Shown here: positions 1 through 12,095 of the stretch, one piece after another
Position numbering within the stretch: position 1 is the stretch's first letter
How the letters are laid out: each line of letters starts with the position of its first letter
NCBI GenBank assembly: GCA_051942245.1
Contig: JAVECL010000108.1
Coordinates: 1 to 51,314 of the forward strand
Reading direction: 5' to 3'
Length of the DNA stretch: 51,314 nucleotides
DNA from: Trypethelium eluteriae
Lineage: Eukaryota
Made by a program: the position numbers and the translations under genes
Notes under the pieces: model-generated
What the model saw: the letters and a program-made list of their open reading frames with translations, nothing else
Database searches by the model: none
What the model was told of the DNA's origin: nothing

Positions 1-822
1 GAGTGGAAAGGGGGTGGAGATGGGAAGGGCAGTGGAAGAATTGCCGGCTGTGGCAGAGGGAGCAGTGCCAGGAGGGCCGACGTTCCATTTCGAGAATGTG
101 TAGCATGGAGAGCAAGGCGAAGCTGAATTATTGACATCACGAAGGCAAATGCATGAGAGTACCTCGATGGCATGAAAGTAGATGGATAAGAGAAATCCAT
201 ATTGTCCGACTTTATGAGGTACCTAGTAGATCAGCTAGACCATCTCCTGAGAAGCGGGGCGGAGAGGAGGTTTTTGACGTTTGCAGCGGAGCGGTCTAGC
301 GGGATTACTTGCTCATTACGCCAAAGACCCTCGGCGACAATCGAATGATGAACTCAGCCTCCTCAGATAAGGTACTGATGATTATTCGAGAATGGAAAAC
401 CGGGCTTATCCCAGTGGCAATGATGTCAAGCATCTACGCCATTATCGCGAAAGCAAATTCCTAGATTGAAGATCACATGTTTCCGAACGTCTGCCTGTAT
501 GAGCCGAGGTTTCAATCTAGAAAATCGCGGCTCGTGCGCGACAAGTAACGGATATGACTATCTGATCAAGCATTGCGAAATTTGAATGCATGGTGCATGA
601 GATTTCTATATCAGCTGTACCCAAAAAAACGCCGCTTCGCCGGGAATGGTCATGATGAGCGATGCAAAGCCGGCTTATCATTCGAAATCATATTCCAAAT
701 GATTTTTCGAGACGCATAGCAAAGTCCTTTGCCGAGGTGCGTCTTCAATATTCGAGAGACTCGGTCCTGAGTCGTGTCGTTCAGGCGCTTCGATGTATTC
801 GACACAGATGATACAATCATCT

Positions 823-1989
823 CTACCCGGTGCTATTGCTTCCGCTGAGGCTGCCTAGGTTCAACCCAAGCTGTGCCAAGGCTGGCCCAACGTTGAGATT
901 GAGATGCTGTGTGCTATTTCTGAGCGGACCTTCAAAGTACGGTAGGTGTTGACCGTTGTACACGACGCTCTCTCCAATCAGGGTCAAAGGGAGGATGCCG
1001 TCCTTATATTTAGAGGTGATTAGGCCGATAACGGCTTCTTGATCAGTCGTTGACCGCAGAGGATAAGTATGATTGCCCGGCATCAGCATTAGATTGTTGA
1101 GGAATGACTGTCCAATATTCTGGCCATCCACAGATACGTTGAAAGTAACATTTCCAAATTCGATGGCCTGGATTGTGGGGTTGGGGATGAGAATTTCACC
1201 GATTAAGTTGGCTTGATCTGGTCCTTGTGGAGTGAGGAAAAGTTGGAAGTTGGTGACATTGATTCCATCGAAGTTGTTGAGTCCTGTGCCTCGTTAGTAG
1301 GGGCGTATACAGTTGAAAGCATTTAGGAAATCACCATTCAAGGTCACAACTTGGTTAAAGTCGACTGTGGTTGTTGGAAATTTCATCTCATGTAGTTTCG
1401 TTCGGCCCCGGAGGGCAACCCGATATGTTTTGGTCGTAAGGCCCAGATTGTTGTAAGCGGTGAATTGGTCCATGTTGGTGATATTGAGTGTCTGATTGGT
1501 TGTAATTCCTGTGTATCGAGTTGCGTGAAGGGGTGGGATCTCTATATAGCCGAATGGCTGGATATTAGGCTCAGTATCCTCAAGAAAAAGTGCCGCCTGG
1601 AAGCCATCCAAATTTGGATGATAGCTGCTTGGGTTACCAGCAATGGCCATCTGCGCCAACTGTACAGAGGTTGGAGTCGGATTTGTAATTTGCTGCATCG
1701 TGATGTTTAACGTGGACTTATTGAGTTGGGACTGAGCAATGTTTGGGAAGCCGACATAAACGCTGCAGGAGTCAGCACCCAACGCAATTGGCCTTTGGAA
1801 TAGCTGCAAAACATACAGTGGCAAGGTGACGACAAGCACAACGATGATCAGTATCAAAAGGTGAAGCCACCAGAATCTCTTGTAATGGTTCTTCCTCTTT
1901 GTCCAAAAACTAACTTTCTGCGGAGGGGCGGATGGTCCACCATTGGCGGCACCACTCTCAACGTGCGATGTATACTTTTCGTCCTCCAT
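823..1989 (-). CDS. DUF3712-family single-pass membrane protein (~353 aa, 3 exons)
   Basis: Exons 1989-1817, 1762-1335, 1283-823; GT-AG introns 1816-1763 and 1334-1284 with CTGAC/CTAAC branch sites join ORFs 1294..1989 and 823..1131 in frame. Basic N-terminus (KRKNHYKRFWW) then a hydrophobic helix, and IPNPT..AIEFGNVTF resemble fungal DUF3712 proteins. Confidence 0.75.
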
Positions 1990-3908
1990 TGCGGAACAGG
2001 AATCTATATGAAATGACAGATCTGAAGAAATGTGAAATCGAAATGGACGACCGCCACACAGTAGAGTGCGGATTGAGGCCTCTTGTATGCCTGTATGACC
2101 TTCGCTATGGAAGCGCAGGCGTTGAAGCAGAAAGCTATGTAAGGATGAAAAACAAGTTCACAATGACCAGTCGTGACCCTATCTCGGCAACAAGCCGATT
2201 TAAGAAAGCTGTCTGTTCAGTCTGTGGGGAAGCGGTCCATGCCCCACAGACAAAGCGATTCAACGCGGAGGTATGTAGCGAATTTGGAAAGCCCAAAGGC
2301 AACCAAGACCAGTCAGGAGCATTAAACCGCAAGTCATATTAGGTAGGGCCGGCAAGATCTCCATAGCGCCGCATTTGGAACCAATAATGGGGCGTAACTC
2401 GTCTGGATAAGGTCGAGTTACGAACCAGCTTACCCTTGTGAGTGTCACGTCCAAACCGAGGCACTCAGGGATTGCACATGCGTTTGCAGGACGTTTTGCA
2501 CAACTGACGCAGCGCGACGTCGAAAGACATGGATCGGCAGGTCGCCTAAGTGGTCCGCGCACTGACGGATGCGCTTTGTTTGCAGCTAATAAAGCATTGG
2601 AGATAGCTTGTTCTTGTCCCTGGCATGGTGTTGCATGGAAGAGAGAGACGTAGAGTATCGACTTTCACGCAGTCGCATAAGGAGGTCTGGTCATGTGCAG
2701 CATCGCGCGTCCATGATCCATTGTGTTGCTCTGTACGTCGAGAGCTGGAACCTGGTTCTGCTCAGCTACATGTACTCTAGCTACTACATGTAAGCTCCAT
2801 AGACGAGGCACAAAAAGGTCATGCGTCTGAATGAGAAAATTCGAAGCACAGGCGAGACGTCCTCGGTCCGTCGGCGAGGTGGTCATAGCGTGCATCCCTA
2901 AGGTGCCTAAAGCGCGGAAGCCGCCGTGGGGAAGATCGAATCAAGAAGAAACTCCGCTTTGGTCGTGGCGATCTCTTCACGAGTTAGCACCTATCCGCCG
3001 AGGGCCAGATTTTGCAATCATCGCCTAAATTCCATCTCAACTATGGCTCTTAGGACCGGTGTCAAGAAGATACTGAAGCCCACGATGTTGAGCCCCTTCA
3101 AACCTCCACCTAAAACCATAGTGCTTCACCATCGAATCTTCGTAAGATTTGTCAATGATCACTGCGCTGGATTTATGTTTGTCTCGAACAGGAAGGCTTA
3201 CGAGATCTAGCTGATTGTGAAAAGAGCCGGTGACAGCGGTCATCAATGGTAAAAATATTCTTCTCAACCCTGTGCGATTCCTCGTCCCTTTGCGAGAAGT
3301 AGAAGAAACATGCCTCGGTATTTGCTGCATTGAACACTTCACTTTTTTCCGCTGTCCTCCAAATCATCAATCGCCATATGATAGGTACCATGGTATCGGA
3401 GTTACGAAAAGATTAGGGTTCTTGCCAAAGAGTATCTGCTCTCGTGAGCATCCTTCTGTCGTCCAACAGTGATGTCACAATATTACTGGATAAAATGGCG
3501 ATCCCACATTCCTATCACAGAGTATTGAAATAGTGCGTTTCCTCAAGCTTGAAGGATACGCTGCGGCTGGCTTGGCAAATTGCTATTTGAACGGTTGACT
3601 AGAGTTTCAGATAGAATTCTTCGCGGATGCATGTGCTATCCTGAGACTCTCTCAGGAACAATGATGTGCATTAGTAGCCATTACATTAACGGTATGGAGC
3701 CATTGTGAGTACTCTAGCGTCCTTGCGAAGCTATCGCACGGACGTGGTTCTGATCATGGTACGCCTCTCTAACCGCGAGAGGTGGCAATTCTCTGATTCC
3801 TTTCATAGTCCTAATGCGATCATGATTGTAGTCTCCACTTCTTCAGATACGCAATTCCACCTAGGCATATGTATCAAAATCTGTGGTCTTTTCTCCACCG
3901 TACCTACC

Positions 3909-3929
3909 TTATCTATGTCTGCGTTATCA
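3909..3929. promoter_or_regulatory. Pair of HGATAR sites (possible AreA/NIT2 nitrogen control) upstream of ureG
   Basis: TTATCT at 3909-3914 and TTATCA at 3924-3929, about 105-120 bp upstream of the ureG ATG. The motif is short, so support is contextual only. Confidence 0.3.
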
Positions 3930-4031
3930 GCCCCGCATACCCCGCCATCGTGCTGCCATAAACAACAAGCTTGAACAAATGCCAGGTATCTTGTCACGTA
4001 ACCCCGGCTTCCAAGTCCACCTGTTCCAGCA

Positions 4032-4936
4032 ATGTCTCACTCTCATGAAGGTGTGTCCCACTCTCACGCAGGCGGCGACCATGGCCATTCCCATGAAATC
4101 CTCGATGGTCCCGGCAGCTTCATGGGTCGTGAAATGCCCATCATCGAAGGCCGGAACTGGCGCGAACGCGCTTTCACCGTAGGCATTGGCGGGTAGGTAG
4201 GAGTACGTCTTCTCTCTTGTTACAGATGTCCAGCGTCTTTTTGACCAATCAAAATGCTCATTACCTATTTGTCTCCTTACATAGCCCCGTCGGCTCCGGC
4301 AAAACCGCCCTCATGCTTGCCCTCTGCCAGGCCCTACGCTCTACCTACTCTATCGCCGCCGTCACTAACGACATCTTCACGCGCGAGGACTGCGACTTCC
4401 TGGTTGCCCACTCGGCACTTCCCGCGTCCCGTATCCGCGCCATCGAGACTGGAGGCTGCCCTCACGCCGCCGTGCGTGAGGATATCAGCGCCAATCTCGC
4501 TGCCCTCGAGGACCTGCATCGAGAGTTCGCAACACAGATATTGCTCATTGAAAGCGGAGGGGATAACTTGGCGGCGAACTACAGTCGGGAGTTGGCGGAT
4601 TTCATCATCTACGTGATTGATGTAAGCGGTGGTGATAAGATCCCCAGGAAGGGAGGGCCAGGCATCACGCAAAGTGATCTATTAGTGGTGAATAAGACAG
4701 ATTTGGCCGAGATTGTTGGGGCGGACTTGGGTGTCATGGAGAGGGATGCGAGAAAGATGCGGTAAGTGCCCAGCGTGACAAATTAGCTGTGCCTTTAGGA
4801 AGCTGACAGACTGGGGTGATGTAGGGAAGGCGGACCAACAATCTTTGCACAAGTAAAGAACGGGAAGAATGTAGATCATATCGTGAGTCTTCTGCTGAGT
4901 GCATGGAAGGCAAGCGGTGCGAGTGAGGCAACTTAG
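4032..4936 (+). CDS. ureG: Urease accessory GTPase UreG (~249 aa, 3 exons)
   Basis: Exons 4032-4192, 4285-4761, 4825-4936. His-rich N-terminus [23 protein letters not shown]-loop GGPVGSGKT across intron 1, [27 protein letters not shown] and NKTD motifs. Confidence 0.96.
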
Positions 4937-5441
4937 GAGAAAAATTTGATACTCAGGGTACTATAGCCTTTACGCCGCTCGTGGAAATAATGCATGATAG
5001 AGCTCCAGTTGGGAGTGTTGGAGTGCTGCGTGCTGCATGGCCTACACGAGCCCTGAACATAGCTCATGGCACAAATGCGAAGGCGTAGAATACATTCTCC
5101 CTGTCTATTTGACGCAGCTCTGTGATCCCAATTATGAATAGCACTTAGAACTATGATTCTAGCGCACAAGAACTTCAATGCGACTCGGTGCAAGAAGACA
5201 ACAGACAGAGTGGAAGTTCAGGGATGAGATCGGACTTCAGCCCATATTTCCCGCTGCAGAGCATGACGCAATCAGAACTTCCACCATCACACTCAGTAGA
5301 CCTTGCAAACCACTATTAACAGCTTTCTTAAGAATACTGCAAACGTTTGAAGCTGCTTCGCAATATCCGGGCAAACCAAAAAAGATCGTTTCTACAAAGC
5401 CCAGTGGATCATCATCCACATTATCTTGATTCCTGCTCTCC

Positions 5442-6068
5442 ATGTCCACTTCAGCAAGAACTCCGTCCATCCTGCACTCAGTCCCGCTCTCGGGAACCTT
5501 TGGAGCACAGAGTCGTTCTGCCGAGATCAATGAAGCCATTGTCCGGCCTCCAGCTCCTGAGACCTTCGAGGAGCGCAGGGCTCGCACTGAAGCCGCGATG
5601 ATTATGGCATCAAATGAGCGACTGGAATGGCATGCTCGCGCACGAAATGAGGTAATCCTTTCTCGAATCACCTTCGTAACTCTTCCACTTGAGGACTTTG
5701 GCTCGATATTTCCTGTTCCTTCTTCCCACCATTGCTCTTCTCTTTTTTCGCTTCATGACTTTCTGTTATCACGTAGATCTAGACACAGCTTCGTCTGCTA
5801 ACTGGATCGTAAGACTGTGCCCCAAACACGTCTGTACTTCAGCAAGATCGTCGCCGGCATCGATGACAGCCAATGGCCGGTCATGTGGAAGGAGGACTAC
5901 GAAGACTCCGATAATGATGACCCCAAGGGAAAGAAACCCGAGAGTAGCCGCCACGGAGCGAGGACCGAGCAAGGTGGAATCTCAGGTAATTCAAGGCCCG
6001 GAAGGAAGGAAGGGGGAAAGAGTAGTGGGCAAACCAGTGCGAATCCAAAAGCAAAGCACCGAGCTTGA
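5442..6068 (+). CDS. Hypothetical protein (~154 aa, 2 exons)
   Basis: Intron 5652-5813 (GTAATC...GCTAAC...AAG) joins ORF 5442..5801 to ORF 5817..6068 in frame (...ARARNE|TVPQTRLYFSK...). No recognisable domain. Confidence 0.6.
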
Positions 6069-6334
6069 GAATGACAAAAGAAAGACGCGGTGGAATGACC
6101 TGAGCTGTATGAGCTTACTGCTTTCGCTTTTCTTGGCTACATTTTAGCGCGGCATGATACCCCAATATTGATAATATCCATTTGTGCAAGTGTTACTCGA
6201 TTCATCTTTGCAGAGTCACTCCACACAGTGCGTAACCGTCCGGACGTGCTGTATAGGCATTAACCAAATATCTGAGCGCCGTCCCATGCATTTTTGTATG
6301 TGTTCAAACATGCTACACCCCTTCCCCCGCAATC

Positions 6335-6628
6335 CTACAAGCCCTCCTCCATCCCTACGTCTCTCCACCAAGGCTTTCCCTTCTGTGGCTCGTTCACCAA
6401 CGCCTCCGCATCACCTACTTGCTTGCGTTCGCTCACTTCCCTCCCGCTGCTGCCCTTCAACTTCAGCCGCATCGCCCTCGACCTCATTGCTAGGCCAATG
6501 GAAACCGAAGAAGTCATTGTCGCCGTGGATGGCGATGTGGCCGAAGTTGCTTGGTGCCCCCCGGCCGGCGTCAATCGTCGGGACGAATACGGGCGCTGGA
6601 ACTCGTCCCTCATGACTGGTAATTGTTA
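6335..6628 (-). other. Candidate stop-codon readthrough extension of PDK (97 aa including the recoded codon)
   Basis: Minus strand reads CAA TAA CAA TTA CCA GTC ATG AGG..., open in frame to TAG at 6337-6335. Hairpin arms at 6609-6601 and 6588-6580. Confidence 0.55.
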
Positions 6629-8124
6629 TTGTAGGGGTTCGGAAGAAGAAGAGAGACGATTGAGGTGGAGATAGACGTCGGTACCGTAGCTGTCAGACTT
6701 GTCAGTCGAATCGTTGAAGAGAGTAAGTGAATGAGCCTTTGCCCTTACCCTTCCATGCTGATCAACTTCAAGTCTCCACCAAAGTATCTCGCATAAAGTC
6801 GACTGATAGGTAATCCATATCCAAAGCCTGCCATTGGCGCCTTGAAATCACTCTTGTTGAAATCTGGATCCAGATTTGGTGTCTGATCTACAGTGGTGTA
6901 CATGTAAGTCCAAACAAGGGGGATCGCACTTCTAGGGATACCACCGCCTTCGTCGCTGACTTTGATCGTGATGTCCTCCTTTCCCTCTGCAACGATAACT
7001 TTTGTTACGGGGAAATCCTCCTTCTCCTGCCCGTGCGTTTCCACTACGGCTCGTAACGAATTCTTCAACGTCTCAAACAACATGTGTGATAAATGACCCG
7101 GCACGTACATGAAGTGAATGTCTGGATTGCAAACCAGCTGCACTTTCGGTGCGTCGAAAAGGCCGTAATGGTCTTCACAGACGAAACGCGCATTCTCAAT
7201 GGCTTCCTGCGCGAGGTCGTGGACATTCGTTTTTGTACAAATTATACCAACGTAATTCAGGTCTGAATGTGTCCGCTGATCTGTGAGTGCGATGTGCTGT
7301 CCAATGAGCATACGTATGCCTATCCGGGACATGTAAAAGCGATCTAGAAAAGCCTGAATATTCGTGTCGATCTGCATCCGTTGGCGTTTTCTCTTGTATT
7401 CCAATATACCCTGTGCGACTGTTGTCACCACACTGTCGTGTCGTCGTTTGATCCGCTCTAGTGTTTGCGCAAAACGTGTGTTGAAGTCTCCTAGTTCAGG
7501 CGGCCATTCTTGCCCATCATCCGTCGCGGCATAATATCTTTTGGCTTGACCACCCTTTCTGTCGTGCCCGTTCTCGTCTCTATTGCTATTCACTTGCGAC
7601 TTATATTTGCCCTTGGGTATGCTCGGATTTGCGGTCGTCTCACTAAGGACTTTGGAACTTTTACCATCGCTACCTCTCGCAGGCTTCAGTAGTCTTTCTT
7701 TGACCTCTTGTGTCAGGCTGGGCCGGGGTATTTGGGTAATCTCCTGCCAATCCCGAACAGGTTATTGGTGTCAGGTTGTATCACGAAGGGGATCCCACCT
7801 CAAATGACTGTGCGTACCAGTCCTGCACCCTTTTAATTGAAGGCATGTCGTTCAGTCCGTCAGGAAGGTCTCCAAGCTCTTGTACTCGATGCGCTAGCCG
7901 AATGGGAAGCTCCTCGGAGAGGAATTGTGAGGCTCGGAATAGAGTGCCTAAGAAGGATATCCGTCAGCGATTGCAGGCTACTGAAGTAGTCGGTATATGT
8001 CGAAAGCACCTGTGGAAGGTCTTTCCCCAAATTGGACCATTTGCCGTAGGCTTACACCAGTCGGCGGGAACTTGGAGTAATGTTTGATGGTATCCATCAG
8101 CACTTCCGACTTCTTCCAAGACAT
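6626..8124 (-). CDS. Mitochondrial pyruvate dehydrogenase kinase (PDK/BCKDK family, ~440 aa, 4 exons)
   Basis: Exons 8124-8010, 7947-7799, 7743-6749, 6689-6626. MSWKKSEVLMDTIKHYSKF N-terminus, ELPIRLAHRV, FLDRFYMSRIGIRMLIGQH, ETLKNSLRA (N box), DEGGG (G1 box), AGFGYGLPISRLYARYFGG (G2 box), C-terminus YGTDVYLHLNRLSSSSEPLQ*. Confidence 0.95.
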
Positions 8125-8655
8125 GATGATTCAATTGAGGCTCTCCAGCCTCGATCTTGAATCTCCTTCGCCGACCTTTTCGCTTGCGAAGTCATCTAAA
8201 GACTGCCGTCCCGGACTTGTGCCCGCAATGTCGATAGGCGGGGAGCTCCAAAATGACGCAGGTACCTCGGCCGAATTAGAGCGAGTCTTTGCGGATGAAA
8301 CCAGCTCCTAGACTTCCCGATGGTTCGTGTCGAAACGGGTGAAAAGGTGCTAGAACGCACTTCGCGCGGATAGAGAGTATTAATCTACGCAGCTATATTT
8401 TGGCAAGGCAGTGAGCGAGAAAGCCGGGAACTCGTCTGGGGATGACTCGACAATGAAAGCCTCCGCTGGTGAACGAGTCCGGCTAGCCTCAACAGTCTTC
8501 CATTCGTCCGCTTGTATACGGTAAGGTCCCCACATTTGAATTTCTGCAATTCCTTTTGCTTTGCTACCTATCTATATTTCTATATCAGAGCAATTAGTGT
8601 TGTAGGATTTTCACTAGCGTCAATCGCTCTACTGCCCAATTCTATGTGACATTCT

Positions 8656-9504
8656 CTATGCCTGTTCCCATGTCTTTTTCACGGTGCGCCAATATCTCTC
8701 TGGGTCAACCACAAGGTGAGCCACATGGGCGCTCTTCTCAAAAATGACTCGGTCGATTCTGAAGCCCTTCTGCTCGGCTTCATTTGCGTGTTCCTCCACA
8801 TCCTCCGCCCCAATGACGTCATCTGTCTTCGAATAGATATAACACAATTGCCGTTGTCCAGCAAGGGTCATCCTGTCCAGTAACCCATTTCTGATTCTAT
8901 CTACAACATTTTTGATCTTCAGCACACGCGAAGATAGCCAAACCATCAGGCAACATGTATAGAGAACAGCCAGGACAATAGGTCGCATCAAGCCTTTGGG
9001 AGCGGCTGCTGCTGAAGCTGCCATTCCTCTCTGTATCGTGGCTGACCCGGGTGCACTGTCGATGATATGGGCTCGGATGGGAAGCGGTTTGCCTGCAGCT
9101 AAGCGATACTTGACGACGAGCTGGGTCGCCATAAAAGCTCCACCATTTGACAGCGAATGAAGTAGTATGCTCTCATGTGCATCTGCTGCACGATCAACCA
9201 CTTTCAGAGCTGGACTTAGTCGCTTCTGAGTCCTGAATAGAGGGCGGAAAGCAAGGTCATAGAATTGGCTTTGGATGACGAGAACGCGCGCCGTAGGATA
9301 AAGTCGTTGATAGCCTTGAACGTACTTGCCAATCGGTCGAAGCTTTGCATCCGCCCATGTTGCGAGGATGATCAGGTCGGGAGGTTTCGTAGTATTAGTA
9401 ACATTGCCCTGAGTACTGCCGTGTTGGCCTTCGGCGATAGGCTCGTAGAGGTGAATGATAGGTGATAGGTCTTGTCTCTTAACAGTTGCAGGGGAAGTCA
9501 TCAT
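8656..9504 (-). CDS. DUF829/TMEM53-family alpha/beta-hydrolase-fold protein (PaxU-like), 282 aa
   Basis: Single ORF with PDLIILATWADA, HSLSNGG, IIDSAPG, YIYSKTDDVI and SAHVAH motifs typical of DUF829. Confidence 0.85.
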   Translation of the reverse strand: MMTSPATVKRQDLSPIIHLYEPIAEGQHGSTQGNVTNTTKPPDLIILATWADAKLRPIGKYVQGYQRLYPTARVLVIQSQFYDLAFRPLFRTQKRLSPALKVVDRAADAHESILLHSLSNGGAFMATQLVVKYRLAAGKPLPIRAHIIDSAPGSATIQRGMAASAAAAPKGLMRPIVLAVLYTCCLMVWLSSRVLKIKNVVDRIRNGLLDRMTLAGQRQLCYIYSKTDDVIGAEDVEEHANEAEQKGFRIDRVIFEKSAHVAHLVVDPERYWRTVKKTWEQA

Positions 9505-10342
9505 CGTTAGAGGTACCTTCGCGAGCAGAGATCTACGCTACCAAGACGGAAAAAGGTTCTTCTGGTGGTGAAGGGAGGATTCGCTGACCAGTGCCATCCT
9601 TAAATCTTTCTAACAAAACTATCCGGAACGACGATCACCAGTGAATATCGGCTGACTGTAACATAAGTAGTCATGCATCCTCACGAGGTGTCATATTGGA
9701 AAGTATCCTTATCTAGACTTGTGAATGGTGCTTTAGATGTGGTGAATAAAAGGAGAAATCAAATTTCCCTGTCCGGAAAAGTGAAGACTTCCGCCTCCGT
9801 TCGTGGTCAGCCTCGGTGGTTGGGTTGGAACATCAGTAATCAGGTAAGGACTACACAGACCACACACCATGGCTGAACGTTCGTTTGGATTTACTTTGGC
9901 ATTCTGTAAGCGTGGCGCAAGGACCAGAAGCATGTAAAGTCATTTCAATGGAACAGTGCCTTCTCAAGGCTCTTCCGTATCTTGACAAGCAATATGTGAT
10001 CTCTTAAAAGCTGAAAGTTTCAGTCAAGTCCCAGCATACGAAACTCGTCCCAACAAGAAGTAATTCCACTCTCAGCCGCGGAGCGTACGGGAAGAGAAAT
10101 CCGGCTGTGCAGCTTACTTACACACTTTCCTTGGACTTCTTTCACGAGTGGTGGTAGATGTGCTTGCAGTCCAATTGCTTCTTAGAAGACTAATTGAGCA
10201 CCTTTCACCACCGTCACTAGTCAAATTAGAATTGCCTTGTTTTCCTATCAAGAGTAGTGGAAGATTACCATGCACAAAGAAAGCTTGAAGGTGAGTCAGA
10301 CTGTCTAGAATATTGCTATGTAGAAAATGATGCTAGATCACA

Positions 10343-11290
10343 CTACTTCCAATCAGACCAGTCATACACACCGTACCAAATCTTGCTGGCTCCTTTCGCA
10401 TGAGTAATATTCCTCACAATAATCGTACCGACAAAGCCTGTGTTCTCTACATGCGTTCCTCCGCATGGATAAGCTCCTGCCCCCTCAATATCTACCGCCC
10501 TAAATAGACCCCCTTCCCCCCCGAAGTCCATCACCTCCGGCACAAAAACACACTGCTTCCTCAACTCTTTCTCTTCCCACCAGTGCACTTTCACCGGCAA
10601 CTCCGCTGCCACAATCTCCCTGCAGTAATCCATGAGGTTATACTCGATCGTCCCACCGATGTAGCCCTTGAACTCCACGAACGCAGCATCGGGATGGTGC
10701 GACGCCTTCAGCTCGGTGACGTCCGGGGCGAAGTTTGTCATACGGCCGACCGCGAGACTGAGGATATGACCGGCGTCATGAACACGGGAATGGAGATCGC
10801 GCTTGGCGCCGTCAATGGCTTGGTGGACAGTGTCGCCGGGTTTGAAATGGACGGCATCGGGACTGGAGAAGTTGCCAAGGTGGAGATGGAATCCACTGGG
10901 AGACTTCCGGACGATGGTCACGTTGAAGATGCTCGTGGTGGAGGAAGAGCTGTAGGTCATGGTGCCGGTGTCGCTGGGTTGGCCGCCGCCTTGGGCGAAG
11001 AATATGGTGGAGGTGACGGCGATGGCGACATCATCTGGGGAAGCAGATTCGAAAAGCGCGCGATCTTCGTCAGAGAGTTGCAGTAATGGTGTCACTGAGA
11101 CGATCTGGGTGTCATGTGTTCGAAGCTTTTCTTCGTACTGGTAGAGCGCTTGAGGTAGTACTTGGGTTGACTATAGAAGGAAAGACAAGACCGCATTAGT
11201 CTGTGGATATACCAACTGGTGTATGCGTTGAAACGGTGGTTGTAAATTTTTCTATTCATCCTGGAATCGTAGATGGGAATACTGTACCAT
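10343..11290 (-). CDS. AlaX-type alanyl-tRNA editing protein (free-standing AlaRS/ThrRS editing domain, ~276 aa)
   Basis: TIFFAQGGGQPSDTG, HxxxH (HDAGH) and CGGTH zinc ligands. The frame stays open to an acceptor at 11171. The start is uncertain; the best model is an ATG-only exon at 11290-11288 plus intron 11287-11171. Confidence 0.85.
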
Positions 11291-12095
11291 ATTCAAGATT
11301 GGTCTTGATATATGTGATCTCAGCCGTGCCTTTACGATACAGGACGAACCAAGACTCTGCGAAGAAACCCAATGACTTGCACTAAAAGGATTCACTTTTG
11401 GCTAGAGATCTAGCGATACGAAATGTATAACACTTGGAGGTACTTAAGGTAGTCATCGTCGTCCTGATTGTAAATTCAAGCGAAACCCCCGAACTCCCAC
11501 ATGTATCACACCGATGAGTTGGCATGTGTAGCGGGACACAGGAAAGACGTCAAGAAAGTGCGTTCTACTAAGAGCCAACGTGTCATTCACACGATCTTTG
11601 GATCACGGCTCCGAATGCAAATGAGAGAACTTGGCAGCAAATTTCTGCGATCGAAGTATCGGTCTCTTGCGCGCCGGGATCAAGGATGATGCGCATTGAC
11701 GTACCGGAGTTTAATTAACCATCCTCTCAGGAGACAGCCTCCTCATTATCAGACACCGGCAAGCCTTCTACTCTGTCGAATCCACTTTGGCGACTGTGAG
11801 CTCAGACTCCCTTATGTTCATGTTTCGAATTACCTGAAGTAGCGTTGAATATGTTCGGATATCATCGCTACCTCGAAGATCAAGGCGTGGTGAGGATTGA
11901 GGTGGTAGATTACTTCTCTGCAAAATTTGGCGATGATCCTCAGCAAGGATTCTAGGATTCTAATTCAAAGGTTGTTACAATTTAAATTACAACACGAAAA
12001 GTAGAAAAGGAAGAAGAGCCATCTACGGAGCATAAGGTAGTCCTAACTCTCTGCTACACGAAGAGCCAGGCTCTCATTTCAGATTTTGGCCTTCT

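Noticed and set aside
1..175. Possible 5' end of a minus-strand gene running off the window edge
   Set aside because: Several frames are open and none is recognisable; too little sequence to call.
2926..3472. Cluster of short ORFs between the DUF3712 gene and ureG
   Set aside because: No domain similarity or consistent splice model; could be a relic but cannot be supported.
6184..6674. Plus-strand ORFs (143 and 126 aa) overlapping the PDK 3' region
   Set aside because: Low-complexity translations with no motif. The minus-strand frame contiguous with PDK explains the region better, although multi-frame openness slightly weakens the ORF-length argument for readthrough.
8656..9504. PaxU-like gene or the FAD monooxygenase as evidence of a secondary-metabolite cluster
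   Set aside because: No PKS, NRPS, terpene synthase or prenyltransferase in the window; the neighbours are housekeeping genes.
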